DNA of 64,000 bases from an uncultured Acidobacteriota bacterium. Lineage in GTDB: Bacteria > Actinomycetota > Acidimicrobiia > Spongiisociales > ZC4RG35. Where the stretch lies: contig CAWGJI010000021.1 of the NCBI GenBank assembly GCA_963822895.1, positions 70,308-134,307 on the forward strand. Direction: 5' to 3'. The notes under the pieces are model-generated. The model was not told the origin of the DNA and made no database searches. It worked only from the letters and a program-made list of their open reading frames with translations. Position numbers and translations under genes: made by a program. This document shows, one piece after another, positions 1-8,941 of the stretch. Each line of letters opens with the position of its first letter. Position 1 is the first letter of the stretch.

Positions 1-531
1 CCCGTTGGCGAGCACGTCGAACACTGCGGACCGGGCAACCGATCGCTTCACCACACCGGCAAGCTCCTCGGCGGTTCCGTCGCCTTCGATTCGAATCCGC
101 ACGTCGATGGCGTCGTAGCCGTTGCGGACCGAGTCATCGAGCCCGAGCAGCCCCATCAGGTCGATGTCACCCGACACCGTCGACTCGACGCTTCGCAGGT
201 CGATGCCGCGCGCCGCGGCAATGTTCCCAATGCCCGCGGTGATGCATGCCGCCAGGGCATGGAGGAGGTACTCCGCCGGCGTCGGCCCCTGGTCGGTGCC
301 GACGAGTTGCTCGGGATGATCGGCGTCGAAAGTGTGGGTCGCTAGGTGGCTTTGCTCCCCACCCAGGCCGAAGAACCCACCGATGGTCCCGCGACTGTGG
401 GTACCGCTCACCCAGGAGTTCGTGGCCCGAAACTGGAACTTGGCCGCGGCCGGTTGAGCCTTCACCGCATCCAGCGCACCAAACAACGCCTTCGTGTTGA
501 CACCATTGCGCATAGCTGTCTCTGTTGTCAT
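1..531 (-). CDS. OsmC/Ohr family peroxiredoxin-like protein (partial, C-terminus beyond window start)
   Basis: Minus-strand ATG at 531..529 is preceded by GGAGGAAAAC. My translation is MTTETAMRNGVNTKALFGALDAVKAQPAAAKFQFRATNSWVSGTHSRGTIGGFFGLGGEQSHL...GTDQGPTPAEYLLHALAACITAG, which carries the OsmC-type GxDxGPxPxEyLLxALAxC motif. The frame runs off position 1. The gene is not in the ORF track because no stop falls inside the window. Confidence 0.6.
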   Translation of the reverse strand, partial: MTTETAMRNGVNTKALFGALDAVKAQPAAAKFQFRATNSWVSGTHSRGTIGGFFGLGGEQSHLATHTFDADHPEQLVGTDQGPTPAEYLLHALAACITAGIGNIAAARGIDLRSVESTVSGDIDLMGLLGLDDSVRNGYDAIDVRIRIEGDGTAEELAGVVKRSVARSAVFDVLANG

Positions 532-622
532 GTTTTCCTCCGTGATATTTGGAACTCAGTCGGTCGTTCGACCGATTCGGATGACATAGGTGCTTGCAAT
601 GACGGCTCCTTTCCGTGGCGGG

Positions 623-2743
623 TCAGATCAGGTCGGCGATGAGCGAGGCGGCTATCCGCGCCCCGTCGGTCTCTACCGGGCGATAGTGGACATCTCGTCC
701 CACTTCGGTCGCTATCGCGTCCGCGAGTGACTCGACATCGGTGGCGGCGTACTCCATGTAGCGCCCGGCGCCGTATTGGTCGAGGCGGTAGCGCACGTGA
801 TAGTTCTGTTCGAAGTGGTTCTTCAAGGGAAAATAGAGGAATGGCCGGTTGCCGGCGGTCAGCTCCATGGTCGTCGTGAGCCCGCCCTGGACGACGGCAA
901 GATCGCACACCGAGAGGTGCCGGTACAGCTTGTCCACATATCCACGGACCTCCAGGCCGGGATGCTGCGGCAGGCTGTCAGGGTCTATGCGAGGTCCGGC
1001 AACGGCGATCATCCTCAGTTCCGAAACCCGCTCCTTGGCGATGGGATAGGCGGCGATTGTCTTCTCGAGCAAGTCGCGACCCACACCCGACCCGCCGACC
1101 GTCACCACACAGACCTTCTCGTCGGCTCCGTAGCCGAGATCCTCGCGCCACTCTGCGATCTCGTCGAGTGACGGTGGGGTGAACCCGGTGATATACCCAG
1201 AGAACTCGAAGTTATCTTCGGTCCAGTCGCGGATCTTCGGGAGGTCCGGGCCAAACATGTCGGGGATGATGTCATCTGCGTTCCCGACAAAGATCGCCTT
1301 GTCCCTGATCCGCGGGAATCGGGCGATGTGCTCGATCATCTCGGCGTTGTAGTCGGCAGTCAGAAATGCCTCGTGGGCGCCACCGTCGGCCATTGGCAGA
1401 TATCCGACGAAGTCGGTGAGCCAAACGTGGGAGCCTCTCTTCAATTCGGGATTCTCGTGCCAGTAGTAGTCGACATCCCAAGCCTCGTCGCCAATGATCA
1501 GGTCATAGTTCCCTTCCTCGATGACCTCTTGGAAGATCATGAAGTTGGCCACCAGGATCTCGTCCATTCGACGCAATGCCTGAAAACAATGCAGGTCATG
1601 GCCGGCCGCCTCGGAGGCGATGTGGCCCGATTCGGAGGCGAGCCACTCGCTCGCGCCATGGATCGTCTCCCCCTCGGCTTCGAGCACGGCCGTGACCGGG
1701 TGCTGAGCCAACCAGTCGATCTTCAATTCGGGCTGGCGGCTTCTCAACTCGGTTGCGATGGCCAGGTCACGGGTCACATGGCCGAGACCGATCGGTGAGG
1801 ACAGGTAGAGCACTCTCTTTCGGCGATCCAGTGCCCGCGTCCAGACATGACTCTCCAAAGGTTTCGCCGTGACTTGATCGATGAATTCCTTGGCGGCGAG
1901 GTTGACCTTGACCGGATCGCGAGCAAGAGGTAAATGCCCGCCACCGTCGAGGACGACCAGACGTCCCCCGGTGAGTTGGGCGAAGGCACGACCGCGGTCG
2001 ACGTGTTGGCAGATATCGCGCTCGCCGTGAATCACCAGCACCGGATAGTCGATCGCAGAGACCGTGGCCACCATCTGCTCCTTTGATGGCATGTCGACCT
2101 CGATCCCCTCATCCCCGGCCACGAGGACTTCGCCAGTGGACTCGAGCGCCCAGCTGACCGCATCTTCGAATTGCTTGGTCGAGTGAGGCTCGACCAGCTG
2201 CTGACCGAAGAACCACTCGATCCAGCGACGGTGATGGGTCAGGTACGCATTGCGATTGTTGAGCTCCCAACCCTGCGGATTGTCGAGGATCTCCTCCCAG
2301 TGGGGCGCGGTCTCGATCCAATGTGGCTGGGAAGGGCCGATGTGAGGTACCCCCGGTTCGATCGCCACCAACCCCAGGACGCGCTCGGGGTAGAGATCGG
2401 CAAACTCGACCGCCCACCAGTTGGCGTGGCAATGGGCAACCAGTATTGCCTGGGCCGTGTCGGTCACATCGAGTACCGCGCCCATGTCGGCGACATTCGC
2501 AGCCCTCGTGTGTGCGGACTCCCGCGTGGGTCGACCCGAGCGACCGTTTCCACGGCCGTCGAACGTCAGTACCCGGTAGTGGCGAGCCAGATACGGGATC
2601 TGGGCCTTGAAGATCTTGGAGTGTGTGATCGGTGAGGGCGGGATCAGGAGCAGAGTGGTATCACCGTTGCCGTGAACCTCGTAGTAGAGGTCTACACCAT
2701 CTCGATTGATGACACCGCACTGATCGGGCTCGTGAGCTCTCAT
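623..2743 (-). CDS. Fusion protein: N-terminal alpha/beta-hydrolase fold domain (epoxide hydrolase/dehalogenase-like) + C-terminal GT-B glycosyltransferase (GT1/GT28, MGT-like)
   Basis: The 813-aa ORF track entry starts upstream, but the sensible start is M108 (ATG 2743..2741). This ATG forms an ATGA overlap with the upstream gene's stop. Residues ~1-300 read GVDLYYEVHGNGDTTLLLIPP...RVLTFDGRGNGRS...HGERD, an alpha/beta-hydrolase domain. The nucleophile-elbow position reads A-H-C-H-A instead of GxSxG. Residues ~310-707 contain LYLSSPIGLGHVTRDLAIA...VCVVTVGGSGVG...VVQGGLTTTMEL, the N- and C-terminal motifs of a GT-B glycosyltransferase. One continuous frame, no internal stop. Confidence 0.7.
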   Translation of the reverse strand: MRAHEPDQCGVINRDGVDLYYEVHGNGDTTLLLIPPSPITHSKIFKAQIPYLARHYRVLTFDGRGNGRSGRPTRESAHTRAANVADMGAVLDVTDTAQAILVAHCHANWWAVEFADLYPERVLGLVAIEPGVPHIGPSQPHWIETAPHWEEILDNPQGWELNNRNAYLTHHRRWIEWFFGQQLVEPHSTKQFEDAVSWALESTGEVLVAGDEGIEVDMPSKEQMVATVSAIDYPVLVIHGERDICQHVDRGRAFAQLTGGRLVVLDGGGHLPLARDPVKVNLAAKEFIDQVTAKPLESHVWTRALDRRKRVLYLSSPIGLGHVTRDLAIATELRSRQPELKIDWLAQHPVTAVLEAEGETIHGASEWLASESGHIASEAAGHDLHCFQALRRMDEILVANFMIFQEVIEEGNYDLIIGDEAWDVDYYWHENPELKRGSHVWLTDFVGYLPMADGGAHEAFLTADYNAEMIEHIARFPRIRDKAIFVGNADDIIPDMFGPDLPKIRDWTEDNFEFSGYITGFTPPSLDEIAEWREDLGYGADEKVCVVTVGGSGVGRDLLEKTIAAYPIAKERVSELRMIAVAGPRIDPDSLPQHPGLEVRGYVDKLYRHLSVCDLAVVQGGLTTTMELTAGNRPFLYFPLKNHFEQNYHVRYRLDQYGAGRYMEYAATDVESLADAIATEVGRDVHYRPVETDGARIAASLIADLI

Positions 2744-3654
2744 GGCGTCAGACCCTCGATGAAACGTCGCAGTGTCAGGTTGAATCCCACGGGGTCCCGA
2801 ACGTTTGGCATATGCCCTGACCCTTGCAGTGTCACCAATGTGCCGCCGGCGATGCGAGCGGCTTCGACACTGTTCTGATAGGGCTGAATCCGGTCCTCGG
2901 AGCCATGGAACACGAGGATCGGGCATTTGATGTCCTCCAACGTCGCGGACCACATCTGAGCGGCCATATCTCCCGATCTGATCGAACCCGTCGAGCCCTC
3001 GAACGAGCGCTCGGGACGAAAGGCTTCCGCCTCGAGGAATTCGGGGCCGCCCTCCATGGCCCACCCGACGGCGTCCTCTCTGGGTTTGGTCGAGTGTGAT
3101 TCGCTAAAGACCTGGCTGAAGAAGAAGCTGGCGAAGTCTTCGTAGCGTTCGTGCCAATAGGCGAGGTTGTACCTCTCCCAACCTTGGGCATCCTCGGGAG
3201 CAGGCTTCAGGAAGCCCTCGGCGATCCCGGCGCGATCAGGCCGGGGAGGAGTCAGCGGCAGGGCCGCCCCGATCAACACCAGACCCGACACTCGGTCGGG
3301 TTCCAACACAGCAAGGCGTGCTCCGTATTGGCCTCCAAGAGAGAGACCGACCACCACGGCCTGATCAACATCGCAGGCGTCGAGCACGGCGCGGGCATCG
3401 GCTGCGTAGGCGTCCGCGCTGTACCGCATCGGATCGGTGACACGATCGGATCGTCCATTCCCCGGCCCGTCGTAGGTGATCACCCTGTAGTGGCGGGCCA
3501 GGTATGGCACCTGCAACTTCCAGAATCGAGAATGGATAATGGTCCATGTCGGCAAGAGAAACACGGTCGGGTGGCCATGGCCGAATACCTCATACCCCAG
3601 ATTCACACCGTCTCTATCCACTGTGCCCTCGACGTCGGGATCTCGGGCTCTCAT
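2740..3654 (-). CDS. alpha/beta hydrolase (epoxide hydrolase/haloalkane dehalogenase-like), canonical GLSLG Ser nucleophile
   Basis: Start at M88 of the ORF-track protein (ATG 3654..3652), in ATGA overlap with the tetR stop. Sequence: MRARDPDVEGTVDRDGVNLGYEVFGHGHPTVFLLP...RVITYDGPGNGRS...VVGLSLGGQYG...VFHGSEDRI. It is a paralogue of the hydrolase domain of the downstream fusion protein. Confidence 0.8.
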   Translation of the reverse strand: MRARDPDVEGTVDRDGVNLGYEVFGHGHPTVFLLPTWTIIHSRFWKLQVPYLARHYRVITYDGPGNGRSDRVTDPMRYSADAYAADARAVLDACDVDQAVVVGLSLGGQYGARLAVLEPDRVSGLVLIGAALPLTPPRPDRAGIAEGFLKPAPEDAQGWERYNLAYWHERYEDFASFFFSQVFSESHSTKPREDAVGWAMEGGPEFLEAEAFRPERSFEGSTGSIRSGDMAAQMWSATLEDIKCPILVFHGSEDRIQPYQNSVEAARIAGGTLVTLQGSGHMPNVRDPVGFNLTLRRFIEGLTP

Positions 3655-4253
3655 TGAGTCTCCTCCAATGAGCGGAGCAGTTCTCCGACCTTGCGCAAAG
3701 CCGAGCGAGACGGCAGTTCGGACTCCGTGAAACCCAACAGAAGCATCGATTCCACACCGAGGAATGGCATGCCGGCCAGAACGCCGACCTCGGCCGGTGT
3801 GAAAGGGCCGAGACCACCGATTCGATTTGCCACTTCGGCCGCGGTCTCGGCCAGCAAGTCGAACCATCCCCTGAGGATCTTCCTGACGGCCTTGCCAATC
3901 TCGGTGTCCGACCATCCTGCAGCCGTCATCTCATGAAGTAGCCGGACATAGCCAGAGGTCAGATCCGCCTCCAGGTAGTCGCATGCCTGCTCCCAGCGCT
4001 TCCAAAGCGGCATCTCGGCCCTGAACATGTCCCGTTGCCGCGCCAGCAGACGTTGATTCTCGGTTTCGAGAAGTGCGAGCACGAGATTGTGCCGGGAGCC
4101 GAAATGATAGTGGATCTGACTAAGGGGGACTCCGGCAGCGTCGGCGACTTTGCGTGTTGACAATCCGGCATAGCCGGTTTCGAGCAATGCCCGCTTTGCC
4201 GCCGACAGAATCGTTGTCTTGGTCTCTGACAGGATCGTCACTCGTACTCCCAT
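3651..4253 (-). CDS. TetR/AcrR family transcriptional regulator
   Basis: 200 aa; N-terminal HTH ILSAAKRALLETGYAGLSTRKVADAAGVPLSQIHYHFGSRHNL. First gene of the minus-strand operon; 4-bp overlap with the next gene. Confidence 0.85.
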   Translation of the reverse strand: MGVRVTILSETKTTILSAAKRALLETGYAGLSTRKVADAAGVPLSQIHYHFGSRHNLVLALLETENQRLLARQRDMFRAEMPLWKRWEQACDYLEADLTSGYVRLLHEMTAAGWSDTEIGKAVRKILRGWFDLLAETAAEVANRIGGLGPFTPAEVGVLAGMPFLGVESMLLLGFTESELPSRSALRKVGELLRSLEETQ

Positions 4254-4256
4254 GCT

Positions 4257-4274
4257 TTCGGTCGATCGACCGAA
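4257..4274. promoter_or_regulatory. 18-bp perfect palindrome TTCGGTCGATCGACCGAA immediately upstream of the tetR start codon; candidate TetR operator
   Basis: Read directly from the sequence (ctttcggtcgatcgaccgaatc). It lies 4 nt upstream of the tetR ATG, where an autoregulatory operator is expected. The transcript may be leaderless or have a short leader. Confidence 0.5.
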
Positions 4275-4418
4275 TCAATCATGCCGGACGGACAGGCCGA
4301 CGTCAAGGGGCCAATTGAGCGCGTCACTTCTCCGGAGGGCCACTTCCGCCGGGCCAGAAGACGGTCGCCAAGTGTCGACTGCGACCAAGCCCGCCCCCGG
4401 GCTCTTGTTCGGCGCATG

Positions 4419-5903
4419 TCACAACATCTTCTGGAGGCCCTCCGACAGACGCTCGGCCAGCATGATCGTGGGTAGATGGGTGAACCCACTGGGGACGATT
4501 GGGATGATCGAGGCATCGATCACGCTCAGCCGATCGACTCCGTGGACGTTGCCCATGGTGTCGACCACGCCACCTTCGGCGGTATCCGGGCCCATGGAGC
4601 AGGTACCAACGAAGTGAGGCACAGACCAGCTGTTCTGGCGGACTTCGTCCCGCAGGTCTTGGCGACTGCGGCCGGGCTTTGGCCCGCCGGCACAATGGTC
4701 CCGTAGCTCGCGGTGGTGGGAGACTTCGAGTGCAAGCTCATATCCTTCGACCAGCCGGTCCAGGTCCAAGCCGTTCTGGCGCCATGGCGGCATTCTCACC
4801 AGTGGGGCATCGGTTGGATCCGGTGAGCGAAGTCGCACCGATCCTCGTGCCTCCGGTTTGAGGAGCACGACATCGATGAAGAACTCGGGCTCATCTCCTG
4901 GATCCGGCACCCACAGCATCAGATCGGGTGAGCCCATCGACACAGTCTCTCGGCTGTGGAATGTGCCAATCGAGTGGAGGGTCGGGTTGGGGCGCCCTTC
5001 TCCGCGGTAGCCGCAGTCCACGTCGGTTCCTGGATGGTCGCCAAGCCGCTCACCGACGCCGGGAAGATCGACGACAGGGGTGATGCCGTGCTCGACCAGA
5101 TGGGACGCCGGTCCGATCCCCGACCTCATGAGAAGCACCGGGCTCCCGAACACACCTGATGAGATCACGAACCATCCCGCATGGATCGCGGTGCCATCGA
5201 GCAGCCGGACTCCGGTGGCACGTCCCCCGTCGAAGATGACGCGATCGACCAGGACTTCAGACGAGATCGTCAGATTCGACGGCTGTCCTTCGACAGGCAG
5301 ATAGGCATCGGCCACGCTCACCCGCACCCCATCGCGAGAGCTCATCGGCATCGGACCGATACCCAGGGCGCCCGGGCGATTGTCGTCATCGATAGCAGGC
5401 ATGCCGAGCGCTTCGATGGCTCTGATCGCCGCCCGGTGCACGGACGTGCGCTCGATGCCGAGGTAACGATCGACCGGAATCCGACCACTCGAACCGTGCC
5501 AGGGCTGATCCGGATAGTCGAGGTCACTCTCGATGCGGGTGAAGTAGGGCAGCACGTGGTCGAAACCCCAGCCCGGGTTGCCGAGATCGGCCCACTCTTC
5601 GAAATCCGCAGGGGACCCCCGCACGGCGAATCTGGTCATCCAAGACGTGCCACCGACCAGACGACAGCGCGGAACCATCTGAGCTCCGACCGCCCCATCG
5701 GGCTCGGAGTCGATCCTCCAGTAGTAGTCACGGTCGAGGCCCCAACCGTCCCGGAGCCCCGCGGGAGCGGCTGCCCGCATGTCGGGTCCGGCCTCGATCA
5801 GGAGGACCTTCCGAGTTCTCATTTCGGCAAGACGGGCGGCGACGACAGATCCCGCGGCCCCAGCTCCAACCACGACGACGTCGTACGACGCGGCACCGGC
5901 CAT
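4419..5903 (-). CDS. GMC family oxidoreductase (choline dehydrogenase-like, FAD)
   Basis: N-terminus MAGAASYDVVVVGAGAAGSVVAARLAE is a Rossmann GxGxxG motif; 494 aa; C-terminal IIPIVPSGFTHLPTIMLAERLSE region is typical of GMC enzymes. Confidence 0.85.
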   Translation of the reverse strand: MAGAASYDVVVVGAGAAGSVVAARLAEMRTRKVLLIEAGPDMRAAAPAGLRDGWGLDRDYYWRIDSEPDGAVGAQMVPRCRLVGGTSWMTRFAVRGSPADFEEWADLGNPGWGFDHVLPYFTRIESDLDYPDQPWHGSSGRIPVDRYLGIERTSVHRAAIRAIEALGMPAIDDDNRPGALGIGPMPMSSRDGVRVSVADAYLPVEGQPSNLTISSEVLVDRVIFDGGRATGVRLLDGTAIHAGWFVISSGVFGSPVLLMRSGIGPASHLVEHGITPVVDLPGVGERLGDHPGTDVDCGYRGEGRPNPTLHSIGTFHSRETVSMGSPDLMLWVPDPGDEPEFFIDVVLLKPEARGSVRLRSPDPTDAPLVRMPPWRQNGLDLDRLVEGYELALEVSHHRELRDHCAGGPKPGRSRQDLRDEVRQNSWSVPHFVGTCSMGPDTAEGGVVDTMGNVHGVDRLSVIDASIIPIVPSGFTHLPTIMLAERLSEGLQKML

Positions 5904-5932
5904 TGGCGGCGCACACTACGTAGATTGCCGGG

Positions 5933-6691
5933 GTGAAGTTCACGATCGCCGCCGATTCCTATGACCGGTTCATGGGCCGATATTCGACCCCGCTCGCATC
6001 GGCCTTTTCCGACTTCGCAGCCATCACACCAGGGATGAGCGTCCTCGATGTGGGATCGGGCACGGGCGCACTCCTCGGCGAGCTGGTGAAGCGCGTCGGT
6101 GACGAGGCCGTGAGCGCTGCAGAGCCGTCGGAACGGTTCGTGGCTGCGATACGTGAGCGATATCCCAAGATCGACGTGCGGACCGCGGCCGCCGAAGACC
6201 TCCCATTCGCGGCCGACGTGTTCGACGCCTCCCTAGCCCAGCTCGTGGTGCATTTCATGGCCGACCCTGCGGCGGGGATCACGGAGATGAGCCGAGTCAC
6301 CAGAGCCGGCGGCACGGTGGCGGCGTGCGTGTGGGACCACGCCGCTGGAGGAGGCCCGCTCTCGTTGTTTTGGGAAGCGGCGCGAGAGCTCGACCCGAAC
6401 CTGGTTGGCGAGGAGCTTCTCACCGGCTCGACCGAGGGTGATCTGGGCTCCCTGTTCCGGGCTGTCGGTCTGAACGAGGTCGAAGAAGACTCACTCACCG
6501 TGCGAGTGGAGCACCCGAGCTTCGAAGAGTGGTGGGTGCCATTCACCCTCGGTGTGGGGCCCGCCGGCTCTTACACCGCCGGTCTCGACCCGAAGAGGCG
6601 AGATGAACTCAGAGAGCGATGTCGCAGCATGCAGCCGCGGGCACCCTTCGTTGTGACCGGGAAGGCGTGGGCGGCGCGAGGGTTCGTCTGA
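5933..6691 (+). CDS. class I SAM-dependent methyltransferase
   Basis: VLDVGSGTGALLGELVKRVG motif I; 252 aa. The start is only 30 bp from the divergent GMC gene start, so the true start may be the later in-frame ATG at 5972. Confidence 0.75.
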   Translation: MKFTIAADSYDRFMGRYSTPLASAFSDFAAITPGMSVLDVGSGTGALLGELVKRVGDEAVSAAEPSERFVAAIRERYPKIDVRTAAAEDLPFAADVFDASLAQLVVHFMADPAAGITEMSRVTRAGGTVAACVWDHAAGGGPLSLFWEAARELDPNLVGEELLTGSTEGDLGSLFRAVGLNEVEEDSLTVRVEHPSFEEWWVPFTLGVGPAGSYTAGLDPKRRDELRERCRSMQPRAPFVVTGKAWAARGFV

Positions 6692-6725
6692 CCGACGGGT
6701 CCTCGAACCTCGCCCCCCTTCAGGA

Positions 6726-7544
6726 CTAGCCCAGGATGCGGATCTCCACTGCCCCGGTGTTGCCACCCGACGACGACTCGACGGCGAAGGTGAACCGCCT
6801 CCCGCTGACTTGGACATCGCTGGGGCGGAAGTTGCCCGGATCGCCCGCCGGGAACGGTCCCAGGGTCTCCCCGTCATCGACGGTCACGGTGTAGGCGTCG
6901 GTTATGGCTGTGCCGTCTGCCATCGATCTGGTGATGAACTCGAAACCGGTGACTTGCATCGACTCACCCAGGTCGATGGTTATCGAGGCCGAATTGCCAT
7001 CACCGGCGGTCGACCACTCGGTGCTGAGATCGCCGTCGATGGCCTTTTCCGCGGCGAAGGCAGAGTTGAACTCCGAGCTGAATTCGACCACGGTTCCGCT
7101 CGTCGCCAGATTGGGCCGTTCCTCGATGGTGGTCGTGGAGATGTCTCCGCTCGTCTCGGGCAGCGTGAACGTGCCGACATCAGATCGATAGAGCGATCCA
7201 TCGGCGGCAATGCCTTCGACCACGAACATGTATGGGACACCCGGCTCGGCGCCCGGTAAGAAGACATCGTGTTGGGTGATGCCGGTGCCTGCCATGGCGA
7301 GTGAGTTGTTGAAGTTCCCCATCGATTCACCCTCACCCCAAACGATGGCGCAGATCATCGGCTCGGTCGTCGTCACATGGAACACTCCCCGGCCCGGATC
7401 GGTCGGGTCGGTGTCAAAGGTGAAGTCAGAAGCCTGGACCTGCTCGAACGGCTTCACCTCGACCCCGCTCACCTGAGACGACTTGCCACACGCAGTAACT
7501 GTGAGGGTTAGTGGGATCAGGGCGAATAGCAGCAGACGACGCAC
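6726..7544 (-). CDS. lipoprotein with F5/8 type C (discoidin-like) domain
   Basis: Signal peptide plus lipobox (V/M)RRLLLFALIPLTLTVTAC. Discoidin-like AIDGDLSTEWSTAGDGNSASITIDLG. I chose the GTG at 7544; the ORF-track alternative is the TTG at 7574. Confidence 0.6.
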   Translation of the reverse strand: MRRLLLFALIPLTLTVTACGKSSQVSGVEVKPFEQVQASDFTFDTDPTDPGRGVFHVTTTEPMICAIVWGEGESMGNFNNSLAMAGTGITQHDVFLPGAEPGVPYMFVVEGIAADGSLYRSDVGTFTLPETSGDISTTTIEERPNLATSGTVVEFSSEFNSAFAAEKAIDGDLSTEWSTAGDGNSASITIDLGESMQVTGFEFITRSMADGTAITDAYTVTVDDGETLGPFPAGDPGNFRPSDVQVSGRRFTFAVESSSGGNTGAVEIRILG

Positions 7545-7587
7545 GACGCCAACGTACCCCCGACATCGATCCAATAATCGCCATTTG

Positions 7588-7633
7588 ATGTCAACTTTGT
7601 GTTGACATATTGGATTGTCAACCTTAAGTTGAC
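7588..7633. promoter_or_regulatory. two GTCAAC-N5-GTTGAC palindromes (ATGTCAACtttgtGTTGACAT at 7588-7608; GTCAACcttaaGTTGAC at 7617-7633) overlapping a TTGACA-N17-TAAGTT promoter that ends at the ATG of the downstream gene
   Basis: Seen directly. The palindrome centres are 27 bp apart. -35 TTGACA is at 7602-7607 and a -10-like TAAGTT at 7625-7630. The ATG at 7637 sits where a leaderless transcription start would be. Confidence 0.5.
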
Positions 7634-7636
7634 GTC

Positions 7637-8338
7637 ATGGAACTTCCGAACATCCAGTTGAAGCAGCTGATAGCCGTCGTGGAGCAGAGCAGGTTTGCGG
7701 CGAATCCACTGGAGCGTCTGACCAATGCCGTGGTCCTGGCCGGTCGTCTCGATGAACTGGCGGACGAACTGGTGGGGCACTTCGTCGATGGCGCCCGCTC
7801 CTCGGGTTCCTCATGGGCTGATATCGGTCAGGTGCTCGGTGTGACGAGACAGGCGGCGCAGAAGCGCTTCGTGTCCAGACGCGCCAAGAAGGGTGGGAAA
7901 CGCGGATTCTTCCTGACCCGATTCGCCGACATGACGCGAGAAGTGGTCAAACAAGCAGAAGCTCGGGCACGCGAGGCCGGCAGTGATCACGTCGGCACCG
8001 AGCATCTCCTCCTCGGGCTTCTCGACCAACCCGAGAGCCTCCCCCTAGAGGTGAGCCGGTCGCTTTGGGAGGACTACGCCGCAGCGATCCGGGATGAGGC
8101 GACTGCACTCATCGAGTCGGAGTCGGCGGGGACGGCCAAGGGGCACATCCCGTTCTCGCCCGACTCGAAGAAGGTGTTGGAGCTGGCCCTGCGTGAGGCG
8201 TTGCGGGCACACGCCGACAGCATCGCCGGCGAGCACGTGCTCCTCGGGATCCTTCGTGACCAGCACTCCCCCGGAGCCAGGATCCTGCTCGACTGTGGTG
8301 TCACCCGCGAGAAGGTGGAGAGCTGGCTGGCCCCATGA
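7637..8338 (+). CDS. Clp amino-terminal (Clp_N repeat) domain protein with N-terminal HTH
   Basis: Two Clp_N repeat signatures (HVGTEHLLLGLL; AGEHVLLGIL). N-terminal SWADIGQVLGVTRQAAQKRF is helix-turn-helix-like. 233 aa. Confidence 0.7.
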   Translation: MELPNIQLKQLIAVVEQSRFAANPLERLTNAVVLAGRLDELADELVGHFVDGARSSGSSWADIGQVLGVTRQAAQKRFVSRRAKKGGKRGFFLTRFADMTREVVKQAEARAREAGSDHVGTEHLLLGLLDQPESLPLEVSRSLWEDYAAAIRDEATALIESESAGTAKGHIPFSPDSKKVLELALREALRAHADSIAGEHVLLGILRDQHSPGARILLDCGVTREKVESWLAP

Positions 8339-8411
8339 TGCGTCTCGACGGCGTGCGACCGTATCCCGACCGGTGTGCTTTCATCGGAGATGAGCGAGGA
8401 AAGGAGATCCA

Positions 8412-8783
8412 ATGACCGCTGTCGAGCGGATCGGCCGCGACGATCTGGAGGAGGCGACCGGCACCGAAGGGCTCCGGCGGCAGGTGGCTCTCGCCGACGA
8501 TGGGTTCTGGATCGGTATCGCCACCGCCGATCCGGCGGCTGCTTCGGGTTGGCACCACCACACGGACAACGACACACTGGTCTATCTGATCGATGGGACT
8601 CTCCGCATCGAGTTTGGCGAGGACGGCAGCCAATACGCCGAAGCTTCCGAGGGGGAATTCCTCCACGTGCCGCCAAACACGATCCATCGCGAGGTGAACC
8701 CGGCGTCGGAGCCGACCCACGCCCTGGTGATCCGTGTCGGCCGGGGTGAGCCGGTGGTGAACGTGCCCGGGCCCGGGTCATAA
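8412..8783 (+). CDS. cupin domain protein
   Basis: GGAAAGGAG RBS before the ATG. GWHHHTDNDTLVYLIDGTL...EFLHVPPNTIHRE matches the cupin two-motif pattern. 123 aa. Confidence 0.7.
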   Translation: MTAVERIGRDDLEEATGTEGLRRQVALADDGFWIGIATADPAAASGWHHHTDNDTLVYLIDGTLRIEFGEDGSQYAEASEGEFLHVPPNTIHREVNPASEPTHALVIRVGRGEPVVNVPGPGS

Positions 8784-8941
8784 CGAGGACACCACCAGCA
8801 ACCGACCTTGCGCATGCATGACCCGATGTCGGGCCCCTCTGCCGCGGCTGTAAGAATGGGCCTTCGGGGGACGACCAGCGATATATCGCCCATCGTCTGA
8901 TCGCCTTCGGGACCGAACGTGAGGCTGAGCAAGGAATTGAT

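Noticed and set aside
122-908. Several + and - strand ORFs (65-131 aa) overlapping the first 900 bp
   Set aside because: They are antisense or out of frame relative to the well-supported OsmC-like and hydrolase-GT genes. Their Arg/Pro/Ser-rich composition is typical of spurious high-GC frames.
5903-5933. 30-bp divergent intergenic region as a shared bidirectional promoter
   Set aside because: It is too short to hold two promoters. More likely the methyltransferase starts at the later in-frame ATG (5972). No motif could be supported.
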